A DNA stretch of 52,893 nt, filler included, from Bipalium vagum (GCA_037834085.1; 3 parts of 3 records of this genome joined end to end with filler, not necessarily neighbours in it), one strand, 5' to 3'; counted from the whole stretch's first letter, positions 1 to 13,954 are shown. Program-made: numbers and translations. The notes: a model not told the origin generated them from the sequence alone.

Positions 1-1313
1 AGAAAAATCAACTGAGCCTTCACAGTTGCTCAGAGATGGCCCTCTGGTGGGGAACTTAAGCATAATCCCAAATATATTATCAACACAATTGAATTTACTT
101 TGAAATCTTCTTAAAAAAATGTTGACAGCTCTGGAACAATATCGATAAACAATCTTCTTCGTAATACGAACAATATTCTTCTTGTACGTTTGCTTTTGGT
201 GGTTGAAATTATGAGAAAATGCTTCTCCTTACATACTGATTCTAACTAATCAGTTTGAAGACGAGAAACCTCTAAATTCCAGATTTTGCTCCTTGATTAT
301 TGGTGAAATAATTGCTTCCCTTTCCCTCGTTTTCTCCAAAATTCGTCCCCTACTTTTCCTTTAAAACCTCTCAGTAATATTTAAATTATTTTTAATTACA
401 CTAAAAATATTTTTATGGAAAACTTTTTTAAGGATTTAATTTAAATTTATTGCCTAATTAATTAATTAACAATTAATTAATATTTTAAAGGAGTTTTTTA
501 TGGGGTGCCTTTGAGAAACTCAACAATAATAATATTATATTATATATTTAACAAAATCAAAAAAATAATTAAATTGGTTATTTAACTTTTTAATTTTATC
601 AAACATTTAACAGATCTAATTAATTTGTTTCATTTATGAATTCTTTGAGATAATTTAAATTACTAAATTTATATATTTTTTTTATTCATTTTATTTAATT
701 TAATTTTTTTGTTATAAAATATAAAACTCATTAGAAATTTGTTTAAAAAATTTTAAAATAAATCCTGAATAAAATAAGAATAATTATCCAATGCCGTCAA
801 CATTTGAGACGAAATAGACCATATTTTAAATCCCAGTCAGAGGCCTCATCTTGAAAATTGATGTATTTTAAAAATTAAAACAAGGCTTAATTAATTGAAT
901 AGATTTTAATAAAATTATTAAAGATTTTCATAAAGTTTTATATTAAGCAGGTCAACAATTTTAAAATCATTCTTAATTTATAAAAATAAAAAAAAGTTTG
1001 TATAAAAATAAAAATAATTATTATTATTATTATATTAAAACTAAAATATTTTAAAAAGAAAAGAAAGTATTAGAAATTCTTTTAATTTTTATTTTATGTA
1101 TATTTGAAAAGACTTCTTATATTGCTAAAAATTTTTTTAATATTTTATCAATAATTAGCAATAATTATTAATGATAAAATCAGTAACACATAAAAATCAT
1201 TAATATTAATGATTATGAAATGAGAGTTTAATCCACCATCAATTAAGAAATAATACAATCTCTATAATTAGGTGAAAATAATAACAATAATGATAATATT
1301 TAATAAATTATAC

Positions 1314-1483
1314 CAATAATTGAACTCCAAGAAGAATTTCCTATGGATTCTGAAGTAAAAATCTGAAGCCAGTAAAGTGGGGTTCCATTTATGCAACAGC
1401 TTGTTCGTAAAATTTCATTTTTTGCTTTTCTCTCGGTTGTTTTGTTTTCAAAGCCATTGTTTTTCTTGTAGCATCTAATGTCA
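1314..1483 (-). CDS. F-spondin-like gene, second visible coding exon (end of Reeler domain, linker, start of Spondin_N domain)
   Basis: Acceptor ttatttttAG at 1484-1485 and donor GTATAA from 1313. The 170-nt open exon enters in phase 2, matching the upstream exon. Translation (S)DIRCYKKNNGFENKTTERKAKNEILRTSCCINGTPLYWLQIFTSESIGNSSWSSII(G). CCINGTPLYWLQIF and WSSIIG resemble F-spondin CCACGTAKYRLTF and HWSAIIG. No further exons found in the window. Confidence 0.75.
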
Positions 1484-1882
1484 CTAAAAATAATTAATTT
1501 TTTTTATTTTATGTAGTGAAATACTTCTGATCTTTAATCAAATGTTTATCTTGTTAATCATATAAAATAAATAACAATATAAAATTATTCAGAAATTAAT
1601 AATTTAAAATTAATAAATAATTAATTTATAACTTTAATTATTGTTGTGGTTCATTGATAGGTTTAGAAAAGAAAATTATTTTATAGGTTTTAAATATTAT
1701 GGGGAAGAAGTTGTCAATAATAATGGGAATCATGTTATTGAATAAATATTTTAAAATCTGGTAAAGACTTCTCATTTTCTTTTACTTAAAAATCGGAAAG
1801 AACTTTCCTTTAGACCTAAGACATTATTTTTTTATTTATAAAACTAACATTTATTTAATACTATTATATATCATTAATATTA

Positions 1883-2790
1883 TATCATTTTGTCCCACAC
1901 GAAATGGCGGTTTTTAAAATGTAACTAAACTAAATCAAAAGAGCAATTTTATTCATTAAACTATTTTCCATTTTTCTTAGTAAATTTCTGCCATAGAGAC
2001 AGTAAATCATAAATTTCCTTTTCATAGAAATTATGATTTCTAGACTCCAAAAAATGAAAGATAAGATTTTAATGATCAAAAACGTATCCATGTGTTCGAA
2101 CATATGATAATCAGATGACAAGAGATCTGGTGAATAAGGGAACGAGATAAAAATTCGTAGTTCAAATCATGTAAAATTGTACTGTTCATCTCAAGATTCT
2201 TGCATTATTATGAAGCAAGATAGGGTCCACTTCTATTAACAAGTGTTGATTGATTTTCAAGTACCTTCAGGCGCAATACCTCAATTTTGTTGTATTATGA
2301 CTGAGTATAGATTCACTAAGTGTTAAAAATTTATAGTAAATTAATCTTGCTGCAGACCATCAAGCAATGATCATGGTCTTTTTCGGGTGAAGGATTTCCG
2401 TAGGCACATGTTTTGGTTTTTATCCACATGCTATTGTGCTGATCTTAGCTGTTTATCACTCACTTCTTGTCACAGGTTACGATTCGAGACAAAAGTGGAT
2501 CGATTTAATTTCGAATAATTAAGAAAGAACATATTTTTAATCTCCTACTTTCTCATTTAATTTAATCCATTTATCTTACTTAGTCTTACTTTACTAAGCT
2601 CTTGAAGATTAACTGATTTCAAATGACCGTTACTTTTGTATCATACCAAAATCTCTGGTTTGAAATCATTGAAACCATTCTCTTTAAAGTGTTTTCAGCT
2701 AAAGCACAGCTGCCATTAGCACCTAAAATTTGTTTACAAGATATCATTTTTAAACTAATATTGAAAACCAATAATAAAACATTATAGGTG
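1883..2790 (-). mobile_element. Decayed mariner (DD34D) transposon
   Basis: Minus strand PYSPDLLSSDYHMFEHMDTFL at about 2080-2140 matches the mariner YSPDLAPSDYHLF motif. TIR-like TATCATTTTGTCCCACACGAAATGGCGGTTTTT at 1883. N-terminal WFQ.F remnant near 2650-2680. Right boundary approximate. Confidence 0.75.
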
Positions 2791-4054
2791 ATAAAAAACT
2801 ATAAAAGTATACAATATTATACTAAAGAGAAAAAAAGAGAAAGGTCAATCAAAAAAATTTTATTAAAGTTAAAGGCGCATAATATATTTTTAATAATTCT
2901 AGATAATTATCTGACAAAAGATGTGCAAATAATGTTTGAAAAAATTGTTAAATTCAATTTAAAAAAATTATTTTTTTAGTTTCATTACAAGAAAAAAAAG
3001 TTAATGACACATTTTGATGAAATCTTTGCTTTTTTAAGTGTATCTAAAGCATAAAAGAATCATAAATACGTTTATTTATTTATTTATTTATTTTATCATC
3101 CCTTGACAATTTACGGTTTAATTACAATTATGTTATTCAAAGAACATTATGTTTATCTATTCTTCTTATTAAAATACCTCAACTAATAAAATAAACAATT
3201 TCTGAAGAAAATAATCGAAAATAGTTTTTTCTAAACAAATTGTAAAATTTAATGGCTAAATATTATTATTTCTTGTGAAATGGACTGGAAAATGAATTTC
3301 TTCGGATTTTTAATTTTTAAATGGAAAAAAATTTGCTAGAAAGTTTTATTCAGAATGTTTTATTATTAAAATAATTAATTTTAAAAATATTACAGTTTAA
3401 TTTATATTTATTTACAATAATAATTTCATAAATATTGTCTTATTTATTTATATTATATTATTAATATTACCAAAATCTTAATTTGGTTGCTGTATTTTTG
3501 AAGTGTATTATTTTCAAAAAATAATTAACATTGTCATATTTTTGAAAAGAAACACTGTAGGTTGAAAATATTTATAAAATAAAAAACGTTAATAATAATA
3601 ATAAATAAATAAATAATATTATTAATATTCACAATAATATATTTTTTCGCAGCTGAGCTGATACTGAGGATTGCGCTTGTAGATACAGACAATGAAAATT
3701 TATTTGCACTTTGCACTGAATAGTTTTACTGAGAGTTGCCAAATTGGACTTTTGAGTATGTGGTTCTCTTTGAAACCCTATTCGAACTAACGACTACAGT
3801 TATCTGTGTGAGGTAATGTCTTGCTCAGGTTAGACTGGACAATAATAAATTTCCTATGCCTGACAAAGTATAGAAAGAACCAATCAACTCTCTAGTAGAC
3901 CCGCGAAACGTTAGGGAGACCTAAATCAAAATCGGCATAAGGTAGCATTATGAAATATTTGATTAAAAGATTATTTGATATTTAGTTTATATTCTCGTTT
4001 ATTTGATTTCATTTGATTCTATCTTATTTTTATTTCGTTTATTTTGACTAATAG

Positions 4055-4314
4055 TGTAATTGTAATAGTGTAGATATGTAGGGTGTTCGTGAAGACAGTG
4101 TGATATATGGAGATCAACTAGTTACTGATTATGACTGCTGTATATAAATACATCGATATTCTGACTTGCAGCTTGAGACATTAGTGATTGGATAATCCCT
4201 GTTGTGCTGTGTTATATATCGATTTAATAAATGTTTAGGCTTTTTAATTTGTTTATTGCTTTACAAACTCAATTATTTGATTTTGGGGTCAGATAATAAC
4301 TTGGTTGCATAATA
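4055..4314 (+). mobile_element. Possible solo LTR / LTR-like fragment
   Basis: Starts TGTAAT, has TATATAAATA at 4141-4150 and AATAAA near 4226, and ends ...ATAAC followed by TTGG. No partner LTR or clear TSD was found. Confidence 0.25.
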
Positions 4315-4619
4315 TTAAAAATGTATAATAATTCTCGTTCAAAATTAAACTAAGGGTAACATAAATTTATTTTTACAAATAATCTTCAATATATATAAAT
4401 ATACATTTGTAAACATGTGTGAATATATTTTTGAACATGAAAGTTTGGAAGTTGCTTTTATGTTTGTTCTGATAGGTTTGTAGAATTTTATAGCTATCAT
4501 AATCATAAAATCCGAGTTATAAATAATTTGAGTAAATCTAAATTAATAAATACGTAGTAAATAGATAAACATTAGAAATAAGACATATAAGAAAAGTATG
4601 AATCTTTCAGGGGAAGATT

Positions 4620-7127
4620 AAAACTTGGTAAACGAAATGAAACTTTTTTCAGATACGGGAACAAGATTATATGAATCAGACTATTTCAACCATGATAAAT
4701 TAAAAATAAAAAACTAACGTCAGGTTTTTCAGATATTTATCGATTTTTAAAATTTTCTATTTTTCAGGCTCATCGACATAAAATATGTTTGAGTTATAAA
4801 TCACGAGAAAACCATTTATAATTAACATTTATTTATAAACAAGATTTGGTACAATTTCAGCAATTTTTGAAAATCTTTCTTTTGGATTGTCACTTTTAAA
4901 TTGCTTGGTAGCAGTCTCTATTTAGGGACTAACAATAATCGGCTTTCATAGACAAATTCCATTTTCTCTGATATCATTTTTCCATTTCTTGTATGCCTTG
5001 GTGAAATCGTTCACCATTTCCTCGTTTTAATCACCAAGATTTATTTGAAATGGATTTAAGAATCAAATTGTAACCTAATGTACAGATATTTTTTTAATGA
5101 TTTCCGGGAATTTTTACATCATCAGTCATTATTTTAACAAAGTTCTTATCACAGATAGTATTCGTTTATCGGACCGGTTGAATACTTTTTATCTTCTCTT
5201 TAGAAATACCTGGTAAAGTTTTGCTTAAATAAGGAAAAGAGTGTTTGGTGATTTCAATGACCCAAACAAATTGTTTTACCAATCCCAGTTTGATGTGTAG
5301 TGATAGAAACAATATGTTTATTGATTGAACTAATGGTTCTTAAATTATAGCATTTTTCAAATGACTAAATAATTTGTTTATGATTTGTACGGTTATATTT
5401 AAATTTTGTTTACTGTTCAATTTCAATACTATATAGTATTTTATTAAAGTATTTTTTTTAGAAATATAAGTAAGATCAAATGTTGCGTTAGAGAATGGCT
5501 GGGGGAATTAGATGGAGATCTGAACAACCTGATATCACGCGCAATTTCAGAAATGAGTGTTGAAGATTGTAAAGGATGGTATAGACTCATACTGAGAAAT
5601 TGTGCATTAGCCATACAAATGTATATTTTCAATAAATTTGTAATTTTTTTGATTGTTTACTATTTGAAAAAATTATTTAGTAATTTGAATAAAATATTTT
5701 ACCATTAAAAAAAAACTATATATTATTTGAACCCGGAATAACTTAGGTTCATAATCAGCTTTAATCCAGCTTATATCTTAAGTTCTATTGTCCCACTCAC
5801 ACAAAAGCGTAGCATCTTTGTATTCCAACTTTGCTGACCCAACACTATAGATAGTACCTATAATTCTCCATATATCTGATTACCTCTAGTATATGCCTAA
5901 ATGTTCATATGACTCTTTGATTTCCATTTTGACTAATTATTGGCTTCATGCTTACTTTTGAACTGACTATAAATAGTTTCCATTTTACTGCATAATAATT
6001 ACTATCCAATGCTTTAATTAATCCATTCACATCACAACAATATAGAATTCCTAGGCACTTCTCGAAAGATAATAAAAATTCATTGCCTATATTTTTTTAC
6101 AAATAAAAACTTGAGTCAGAAGACAGTAAATTCTTCTTCTTAAAACTCAAACCCAAAACATGTGAAGCATCGTTCTATAAATTGAGATCACGTTGAGTTC
6201 ATGTTATGAAAATGAAATTGGGTCATTAATTTCAAAATATTCTGACAAATCATGCACAAGGCTTTCACTTTCAGAATTTCAATCAAAAGCTAAATTATTT
6301 TTCGAGAATGTTAATATTGGTATTTTGTAATTGTGGCACAGGATTGATAGCTGATGGCAAATTGAAATAAGAAATGATTAACTTATTCTTGGAATTAAAA
6401 CCACAGGTTGTGAATGGGCAGAAATAACAATCATCTAAGTGATTTGTTTGATACCATTGGAATTCCAAATGGTAGAAATTCTGTCCTGCCAAGTGCCATA
6501 TTACTCAAAGGACTACTACAAGAGTTGCAGCAATATGTGGAGCCCATGATTTATCTTGGTCACCAAATTTGATTCCGAAGTATACTGCATAACGGTTTTC
6601 GATATTTTTGGTTATTTTTCTGCTTTCTCTGGCAGTAGTAAAACACCTACATATACAAAATATATTTTGGAATTTACGTTTAATCTGAAACAAGTGTAAT
6701 GTAGAATATCTTACATAAATATTTTTTATGATCTTACACTCATATTATTTAAGCTGTTCATACTTGAGTTTTGAATTATTTTAGAAAACCATAATTAATA
6801 ATTGAAAGTTACATTAAATTTTATAATATAATTAAAATATTTACACAGATATATTTTGGTGGACATTAGTTATGTTATTATATAAGCAAATAATTATATC
6901 TAATTAAGTATTTCTAATACCGTAATTGATATATATTTTTTGACAATTATAAACAGTATTGTACATAAAATCGTAGTTTTTTTTAAAATTTCAAATTGTT
7001 GTATCATAAAAACTAGACGTGACTGAGACAAACGAATTACTGATTTTAAATCAGTGCAAAATTTCTTTATAGAATTTGCTTAAAAAGTTCAAACCGCATA
7101 AAAAAAGTTTTCAAATGCAGATCAGTG
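4620..7127 (-). mobile_element. Decayed Chapaev3-like (CMC) DNA transposon
   Basis: Minus-strand remnants FCICRCF..YFGIKFGDQDKSWAPH (6505-6693), NHLDDCYFC..GFNSKNK..NLPSAINPVP (6295-6492), LHIKLGLVKQFV (about 5265-5300) and GERFHQGIQEMEK*YQRKWN..KADYC (about 4930-5015). Right end reads ...GATCAGTG at 7127 (CACTG terminus on minus). Left boundary approximate. Confidence 0.75.
5480..5625 (+). mobile_element. IS630/Tc1-like transposase C-terminal fragment nested in the Chapaev3 remnant
   Basis: Plus strand LNNLISRAISEMSVEDCKGWYRLILRNCALA resembles the I..A...IT..DC.GW..H tail of IS630/Tc1 transposases. It interrupts the opposite-strand Chapaev3 ORF. Confidence 0.5.
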
Positions 7128-7299
7128 TATTCGATTCTCAAAAATTTCGAATAAAACGTGATTTTATATGGTTTTAGCACTTTTAAAAAAACTTGATATG
7201 ATGAAGAAATGTGAACAGCAGATTAACAATCCCGTATCAAATTACATTTAATCTAATTTCTCTCATTTGACCATAGTCATCTTTCAATGATTTACTTTA

Positions 7300-7830
7300 A
7301 TTTTTAATGTGGCCTTATACCCAACCAATATCAAGATCGCTTTCATTTAGCCATTCGGTATGACTCTCGTTGAAGAAAAATTCCTCTGCTTGATATTTTA
7401 AGATGATTCAAAACCACCAGAAGTTTTTCGGTTTTATAGTATTAGGAAAATAAATATTCTTTGTTTCTTCGATTTAAAAGTACATGTTACAAAAGTATCT
7501 TTATTGTGTACAACAGTTTGTTAACTACAGGTGATTTCCAAAATTAGAAAGAAGAATCGAAATAAACAAATCGTTCTTTCTCTTGAAAATTCCATACGAT
7601 TTCACAAAATCGTACAACAATGTGAAATCTCTTTGCTCTAAAGCATTAAAAGAAATGACGTGGTAAATTCTTTTCATCTCATGAAGCAGCTATTGAAAAA
7701 TTTGAGTTATTGATATCTGAAATACAAAATTTAGAATTGAAAAATTTTTCGAAAATTGATTTGATTGTATGCAAAAGTTTATTAACTTAAATGGCGACTT
7801 TTTGAAAAAACAATGCACTTTTAGTTAGGT
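7300..7830 (+). mobile_element. Highly decayed mariner fragment
   Basis: C-terminal remnants RGKFFSSHEAAIEKFE (about 7658-7705) and NGDFFEKT (about 7790-7812). Confidence 0.45.
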
Positions 7831-8509
7831 TTGTCTCTGTCCAATTTTGTCTTTAAGTATATGACTGACCGCATTATTGTCCAGAAAATACGGTGCTAAA
7901 TTCTATAAACTTTCCCACAAGTCTTTGTATAATAGTACATCATCAAATGATATAAATAAATAATAATATCAGTTTCAAAATATATTGTCAAAGATAAAAT
8001 GTTACCAAATTCTTTCAACCAATAGTTCTATGTTCTTAGGTTATTAAAAAGAAAAAATTCAACCGATTCTCTTGGTGCGACATTATCGATGATCTTTATA
8101 AGGGTTTGATATAAACTGAATAAAATAACTCAAAGCATCGTTTATCTGTCCAAAGAGTCGTATGTATCGTATTTAGTTTTATCGTATGGTTCCAGGGAGT
8201 CGAATTGATTTTTCAAATGATTTTCTTATCCACCATTTTACTGAAAAATCATGGCACGAATTTTAAACATAATTTTATGATACTTGAGATTTTAAAATCA
8301 TATTCACTGCATCTTAAAACATATTATATCAGTGAAAGTATTCGTGTCATAATTTAGAACGTCTTTGGTACATTTTCATTTATTTTCTCATTAACAATGT
8401 TTAACTATATTTATTATTAGTAATATTATTAAGCTTATTAAATATCTTTAATTTAGGTCTTTTGAATACAATGGCTTATGGATTTGACTTTATTTTATTA
8501 CATATAATT

Positions 8510-8750
8510 ATTGAGGGTAAGTCAAGAGTCTTTCATGTTTTTACGAGAAAATGATGTTATTCCTCGAAATACATTCCATCATTTTTGATGAGTTGAAGTC
8601 ATCTTTCTGCCAATTGAGAAATCTCATATCGATACCAGTCTGGCGTCTTAGAGTGGAAAAGTTCGGAAATTCTATTTTTAACCTCATCCTCTGAACTGAA
8701 GCGTCTCCCTCGCAAAAAGTGAAACAGAGGCCGTAATAAGTTATATGAAA
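8510..8750 (-). mobile_element. Mariner 3' fragment
   Basis: Minus strand HFLRGRRFSSEDEVKNRISELFHSKTPDWYRYEISQLAER..LIKNDGMYFEE* is a typical mariner C-terminus. Confidence 0.75.
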
Positions 8751-11182
8751 TCTGTCGATAATATTTTATCATTAACATAAGTTGAATTTATGAATTTCAC
8801 AATATTAATTTTTGATCAGTAACATTATCACTAACAAGTCAATAATCATTAACTTAAACTACATTGATAATAATAAATAAACAATTTTTTATTTGTTTCA
8901 TATGATTGATTGACAATGACAAAATATTATCTTAATTTTTCAATAGAATTCTATTTAAAAAATAATACAGATTTAGAGTTTTTTGTTTTAATTAATACAA
9001 TATATTTCTTTTATTTATGTACAAAATATCATTTTATGTTTTATAATTAATTGGTGCTCATCAGGAAAGCGTTTAATTTGCTTAAGTAATTAGAAAACAA
9101 AAATAACCATTAAAAGGCTCTTATGTTAGATTTAAGTTGTTATTTACCTTTAATTGGCATGAAAAAAGTATTAAAATAAATTACTTCCCAAACGTTTATT
9201 TATATTTCACTGATTGCCTCACAAAATGAATATGAATAAAATTTATAAATAGTTGGATGATTTGTGATAAGAAAGTAATTACTTATTTTAATTTTTATAA
9301 TATATTATATTATTACATGATATTTTTCTTTGTTATTAAACAAATAAATTAGAGACTTTTGTAATTAAAATAAATTCTTCGCTTCTTTATAATTGAAAGT
9401 ATTTTGGGCGACTGGTTTTCTATATAATATATGTATTAAAAACTTAATAAATATAAATAAAATATTTTTTTTAAAAACTTGAAAAATGGCTATCTAATGA
9501 TGGTATTTCAACACTTTTCCGCTCTCTTGCCAGTCCAGATATGAACCCCATGTAAAATTTGTGGTAATAATGAGGAACAAAAAATATATAAAGACTTTTA
9601 CAAACAAAATGTAGCTAATTTTAACCACACTTAAAGTGTGGAACAGTGAATTACCTGCTGATTGGTGCAAAAAATTTATATTTTCTATGCTAAGTTAATT
9701 TAAAGTAAATAGGTACAGATAGACAAAATATTAAGTATTTGTTCCAGTTTATACATTTTTCTAGTTTGTATAAATAATAAATATTTTGAAAATAAAGGTT
9801 GAAATAATACAATTTTTAAACAAAGACAATATTTCAAAAATAAATTGTATTCTTTATGTTCAAGGCTTATTAAAAATTTTTAAAAACTTAAGATAAATTT
9901 GTATCTACCAGAACCTAAATTAATATATATTAAACAAAATAAATTATCAAATGATAATATTCAATTTGATCATGTCTTTCTAAATTCATGGAAATAATTT
10001 CAATTTTGAATATACATTTTCTAAGAGCGCCAGTGTATCATGATTTATGAATAAAAAGTAAAAAACTGAAATAATGCATTATACCAGTAATGGTGCTAAT
10101 TTTTCCGGACGAACTGTACATTATATATTATGAAATAGTTATAATATATCCACAATATTCTCTTTTTTCAACACCAGTAACCTCTGTTTTTACATTATAA
10201 TCCACAAGGTTTAATATATGTATCTCTTAGTATAAACCATAGAATTAAACCATAGTCTGCTATTGTGAAGACTTGTGGTTTTTTATTATTTCTTAAAAAG
10301 AAAAGAAATTACCGCAAACATATTTATTATTATAGTAAAAATAACTATTTTTGATAATTCAATTAAAAAAAGATAAAATATTTCCATTAAGTAACAATTT
10401 TTTATTAATGGTAAAATATTTAATTAAGTCATGACAATTATTTTTTATTACGATTTAAAAGATTTATTATAGAATTAATAAATTATAATAATTAATAATT
10501 ACAAGATGAAAGGAATTTTATCTTTAATCGTTGATAAGACAAATACTAAGAATAATAAAAAATAAATAATATAATATTAAATATGCAGATTTTATTTTAT
10601 GCAGAGGTGTGTTGTGTTTTAAGTCTAGCGCTTATTATCGTTCAGTGTCGTTTTGAAGTTCTTTTCCCACATCTATTTCAATTTCGCTCTGCATTGTTTC
10701 TTTTAATAGTGGAGTTTTCCTTTAATTGTGATTATAGAATATTATTTTAGAAAATAATTAATTAGAGAATTGAAAAGAATTCCAAAATTATTGACAGTGC
10801 TTATTGCTTTTAATATTCTTATTGCATTCCTTAAATTTTAGCGGTAGAAAAAAATGTTTTGTAAAATTAAATTAAAATAATTTCATTAAGAAAAAATGAA
10901 AAATAAATTCTATATTATACTTGAATTAGTTTTCTCAGAAATGTAAATTAAAATTGTAAAGATAATTAAGATTAAAACCTAATTTTATAAATTTTCAGCT
11001 ATATATATAATTTCTTTTGGCTTATATTCTAACTATGACTTATATTCTAACTAATTCAATTTCTTATATGTTTATGGGAAAAATGATCAACGCTATAAAA
11101 CAAAATTTTGAAAATAAAATAAAAAATAATATAAATAAATTAAATTTACGTACATATTTTGAAAAAATATTAATAAAATATA

Positions 11183-11413
11183 TATCAGGTCAGTCCATAA
11201 GTTCGTGCGTATTAATAAATATTATGTAAATATAAAAGTAAAAAGCAAATGAAATTGATATGAAACATTTATTCATGGAAATAATTACCATCGTTTCCTA
11301 CAATCTTTTTCCACCTGTCAGGAAGTTTTTTAAAACCATCTGCATAAAATGACAATGGTTTTGAAGCAAAAAGATATAATGCAATACGCACGAATTTATG
11401 GACTGACCTGATA
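11183..11413 (-). mobile_element. Mariner-derived MITE (internally deleted) with near-perfect TIRs
   Basis: TATCAGGTCAGTCCATAAGTTCGTGCGTATT (from 11183) and AATACGCACGAATTTATGGACTGACCTGATA (to 11413) differ by 1 mismatch and are flanked by TA. Internal FASKPLSFYADGFKKLPDRWKKIVGNDGNYFHE* on minus. Confidence 0.9.
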
Positions 11414-13469
11414 TATAGAAGAATATATAAACAGATTATTGAATGCTAAAATTTAAAAATTAATAATAATTCAATAAATTCAAAACAGTCAATTACTTAT
11501 GGATGACCCTGTATAACAAGAATATTTTCAATATTTAAAGAGATTATTCTTTATGAAACAAAGCATAATAAAAAGAGTAAAAAAAATTAAAGATTCTTTT
11601 CCTAGGAATGAATTATAAGAAAATATTTTTTCCAGTAAATATTTATCATACATTCTTATGTTATTTCTGGTGAAAATGGAAATAATTTTTAATGTGAACT
11701 CATTATTTATTGTGTTGCTTCAATTAAAACAAATCTTCTTACTCAAATCGATAATTTAATTATAACAATTTAATTATTTCCATAGTAGAAGACTCTATAT
11801 TTAATGTAAAACTGTCAAAAATGGTACTCCAATTATCATCTAATTAAAGGAAAATATATTTTATTGAGTGAAAAAGGATCTGTCTTCAAATATTTACGTC
11901 ACTTTATATTATTTTAAAAATACTTTTTTTTATTTCAGATTAAATAATTTTTTTCCTTATTATTTAATTTATTAGTTAAATTATATCATAAAATATTAAT
12001 ATATTTTCCTCAACTAAATAAAAAAGGATGTTTAAACATAAAAAATAATTTTAAAAAATATTTATTATAAAAAGATTTAGAAAAATAATTGTAATTATAT
12101 TATTTTTAACAGTTTTTTTGAAAAAAGTTACAAATATTTTAAAGTTAGCAAATAAATTTATTAAAAACCCTATACATCATTATGTTCAATATTTTATCTC
12201 TATCGATAGAACAGTTTGAGGAAACCAGCAAAGAGTTTTGTTATATGCTTGCTGTAAATACTTTCTCAGAAGAATTTTTATAACATTTTTGTCGCCTAAC
12301 TATTCTGAAAAGAACAGAAAACTTGCAAATCTGAGCTACGTAGAAACTTCAACAAAATATATACGATACCTTAAAACATCCCACTTAAATTATATCTAGT
12401 GTTTCAATTAGCTACTTTCGCACGCTTTTTAGTCATTACATCCTTCACTTCACCCAGTTCAAGACCATAATCTATAGTGTTGAAGATTTTATATCTTGGT
12501 AGAAGCTCATAATAAAATCTACCGTTTAATACCATCAAACGTAAAACATTTTTTTGGAATGCATACTGTTTTCAGTATGTGTATTTTGACATTTTTGGCT
12601 TAATATACTCTTTCTTTTATGTTATATTTAATAACCGATTCATTTTAATTGTTTTAAAATGACCACTTTAATAATATGATTCTGCGACTTCCATTTCAAT
12701 GGAAATGTCTAAAAAATTCAATTATTAAACTCTCCTGTCAATTTATGAGAAACCAAACTATCAAAATGGGAATCAGTCTCAGTTTTGTCAAATAAGTACT
12801 TTCAAACTCCTGGCTCATTTTAAAAATCTTTTTCTTTCAGTATTTTTGAGTGTTTTATTTTAAATTAAAAACTAAATTCTTTAATAACATTCAATTTTCG
12901 TCACGTGCAATTTTTTTCTTGAAAATAAAATTACTTTAAATTTTAAAAATCATTTTGACAAGTGAAATAGTTCATAGAATACATATATTTCTCTTTGCTT
13001 ATTTAGTTATGTCCTTTTCAAAAATAAAAAAGAATAGCTTAACATAATTGATTAAAATCAACATTTTAAAGCTTTTTAGTAATAATTGAATCATCTATGA
13101 ATTTCAAAATATTGAATAAAAAAAATTATATAAAATAATTCATTTAATTTTGCTAATAATCACTTTAAAATAATAAGTCTAAGAAAAATTGACTTAGCAC
13201 TAAGAATAAAGAACCACCGCATTTTAAAAAGTTTTCCATTTTTTAATATTTATCAAAATTGGTGATCGTCATTATTTTTATGATATATTTTAGAAAACAT
13301 CACATATATTTATGTTATTTTAATTAATAACATTAAAAATATTTGTAAAGACATTTTATTTTCATTGTAAAAATGAAAATACTTATGTCATGCAGTTGTT
13401 TTAATATTTCTCTTAATTATTAAAATGACTGAGCGGAAATATTCAAATTATATTGATAAATAATTTTAC

Positions 13470-13954
13470 CTAAATTTTCTCCATCTGTAAAAATTCTGTT
13501 CAATAAAGAATTGCAAATAAATGTCAAATTTAATACATTGGGTATTAGGCTTTTCGGACGATTTCCATTTGAAAACGAATCTCATTAAATTTTCTTTGTG
13601 AAGACTGAATAAGAGACTCGGAGAACAGAATTTGTTGTTGGCGAACGGTTTATCATCAAATATTCCCAGATCAATGTACTTTGTCGTAATAAAAATCGGT
13701 GAAGCGACAATGATAACGTTTTGTATGATTGCTGGGTTGAAGAAAATCGCATGGAACGAATATCTCTTTCCTTTCTCTATAAAACGGTTCAAGGTCGGAA
13801 TGGTGTCTTTATCTTCAAAAATCCGTATTTTAAAAATTGGATATATTTCTTCAGATGCTTTTGGGAGAATGAGATTTCGATTGCAAAGCTTAACTTTCAA
13901 ATTTGCGCTTGACATTGTGCATGATAAGAAATGGAACAGTAAAACAATCAGCAT
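13470..13954 (-). CDS. F-spondin-like gene, first coding exon (signal peptide + Reeler-like domain)
   Basis: 161-codon ORF with a hydrophobic N-terminus (MLIVLLFHFLSCTMSSA) and a Reeler-like C..FVFKWKSSEKPNTQCIKFDIYL pattern. It ends TTT AG|GTAAAA (phase-2 donor at 13469), compatible with exon 1314-1483. Confidence 0.75.

Noticed and set aside
3888-3918. Hairpin CTCTC-TAGTAGACCCGCGAAACGTTA-GGGAG resembling a minimal hammerhead
   Set aside because: CUGANGA core not intact, no stem II, and no PLE coding context.
3640-3920. Possible additional spondin exon (acceptor-like tttAG at about 3921)
   Set aside because: Stops in all frames, including immediately in the required phase.
9040-9075. CTGATGA on the minus strand (possible hammerhead)
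   Set aside because: No stem II partner or downstream GAAA.
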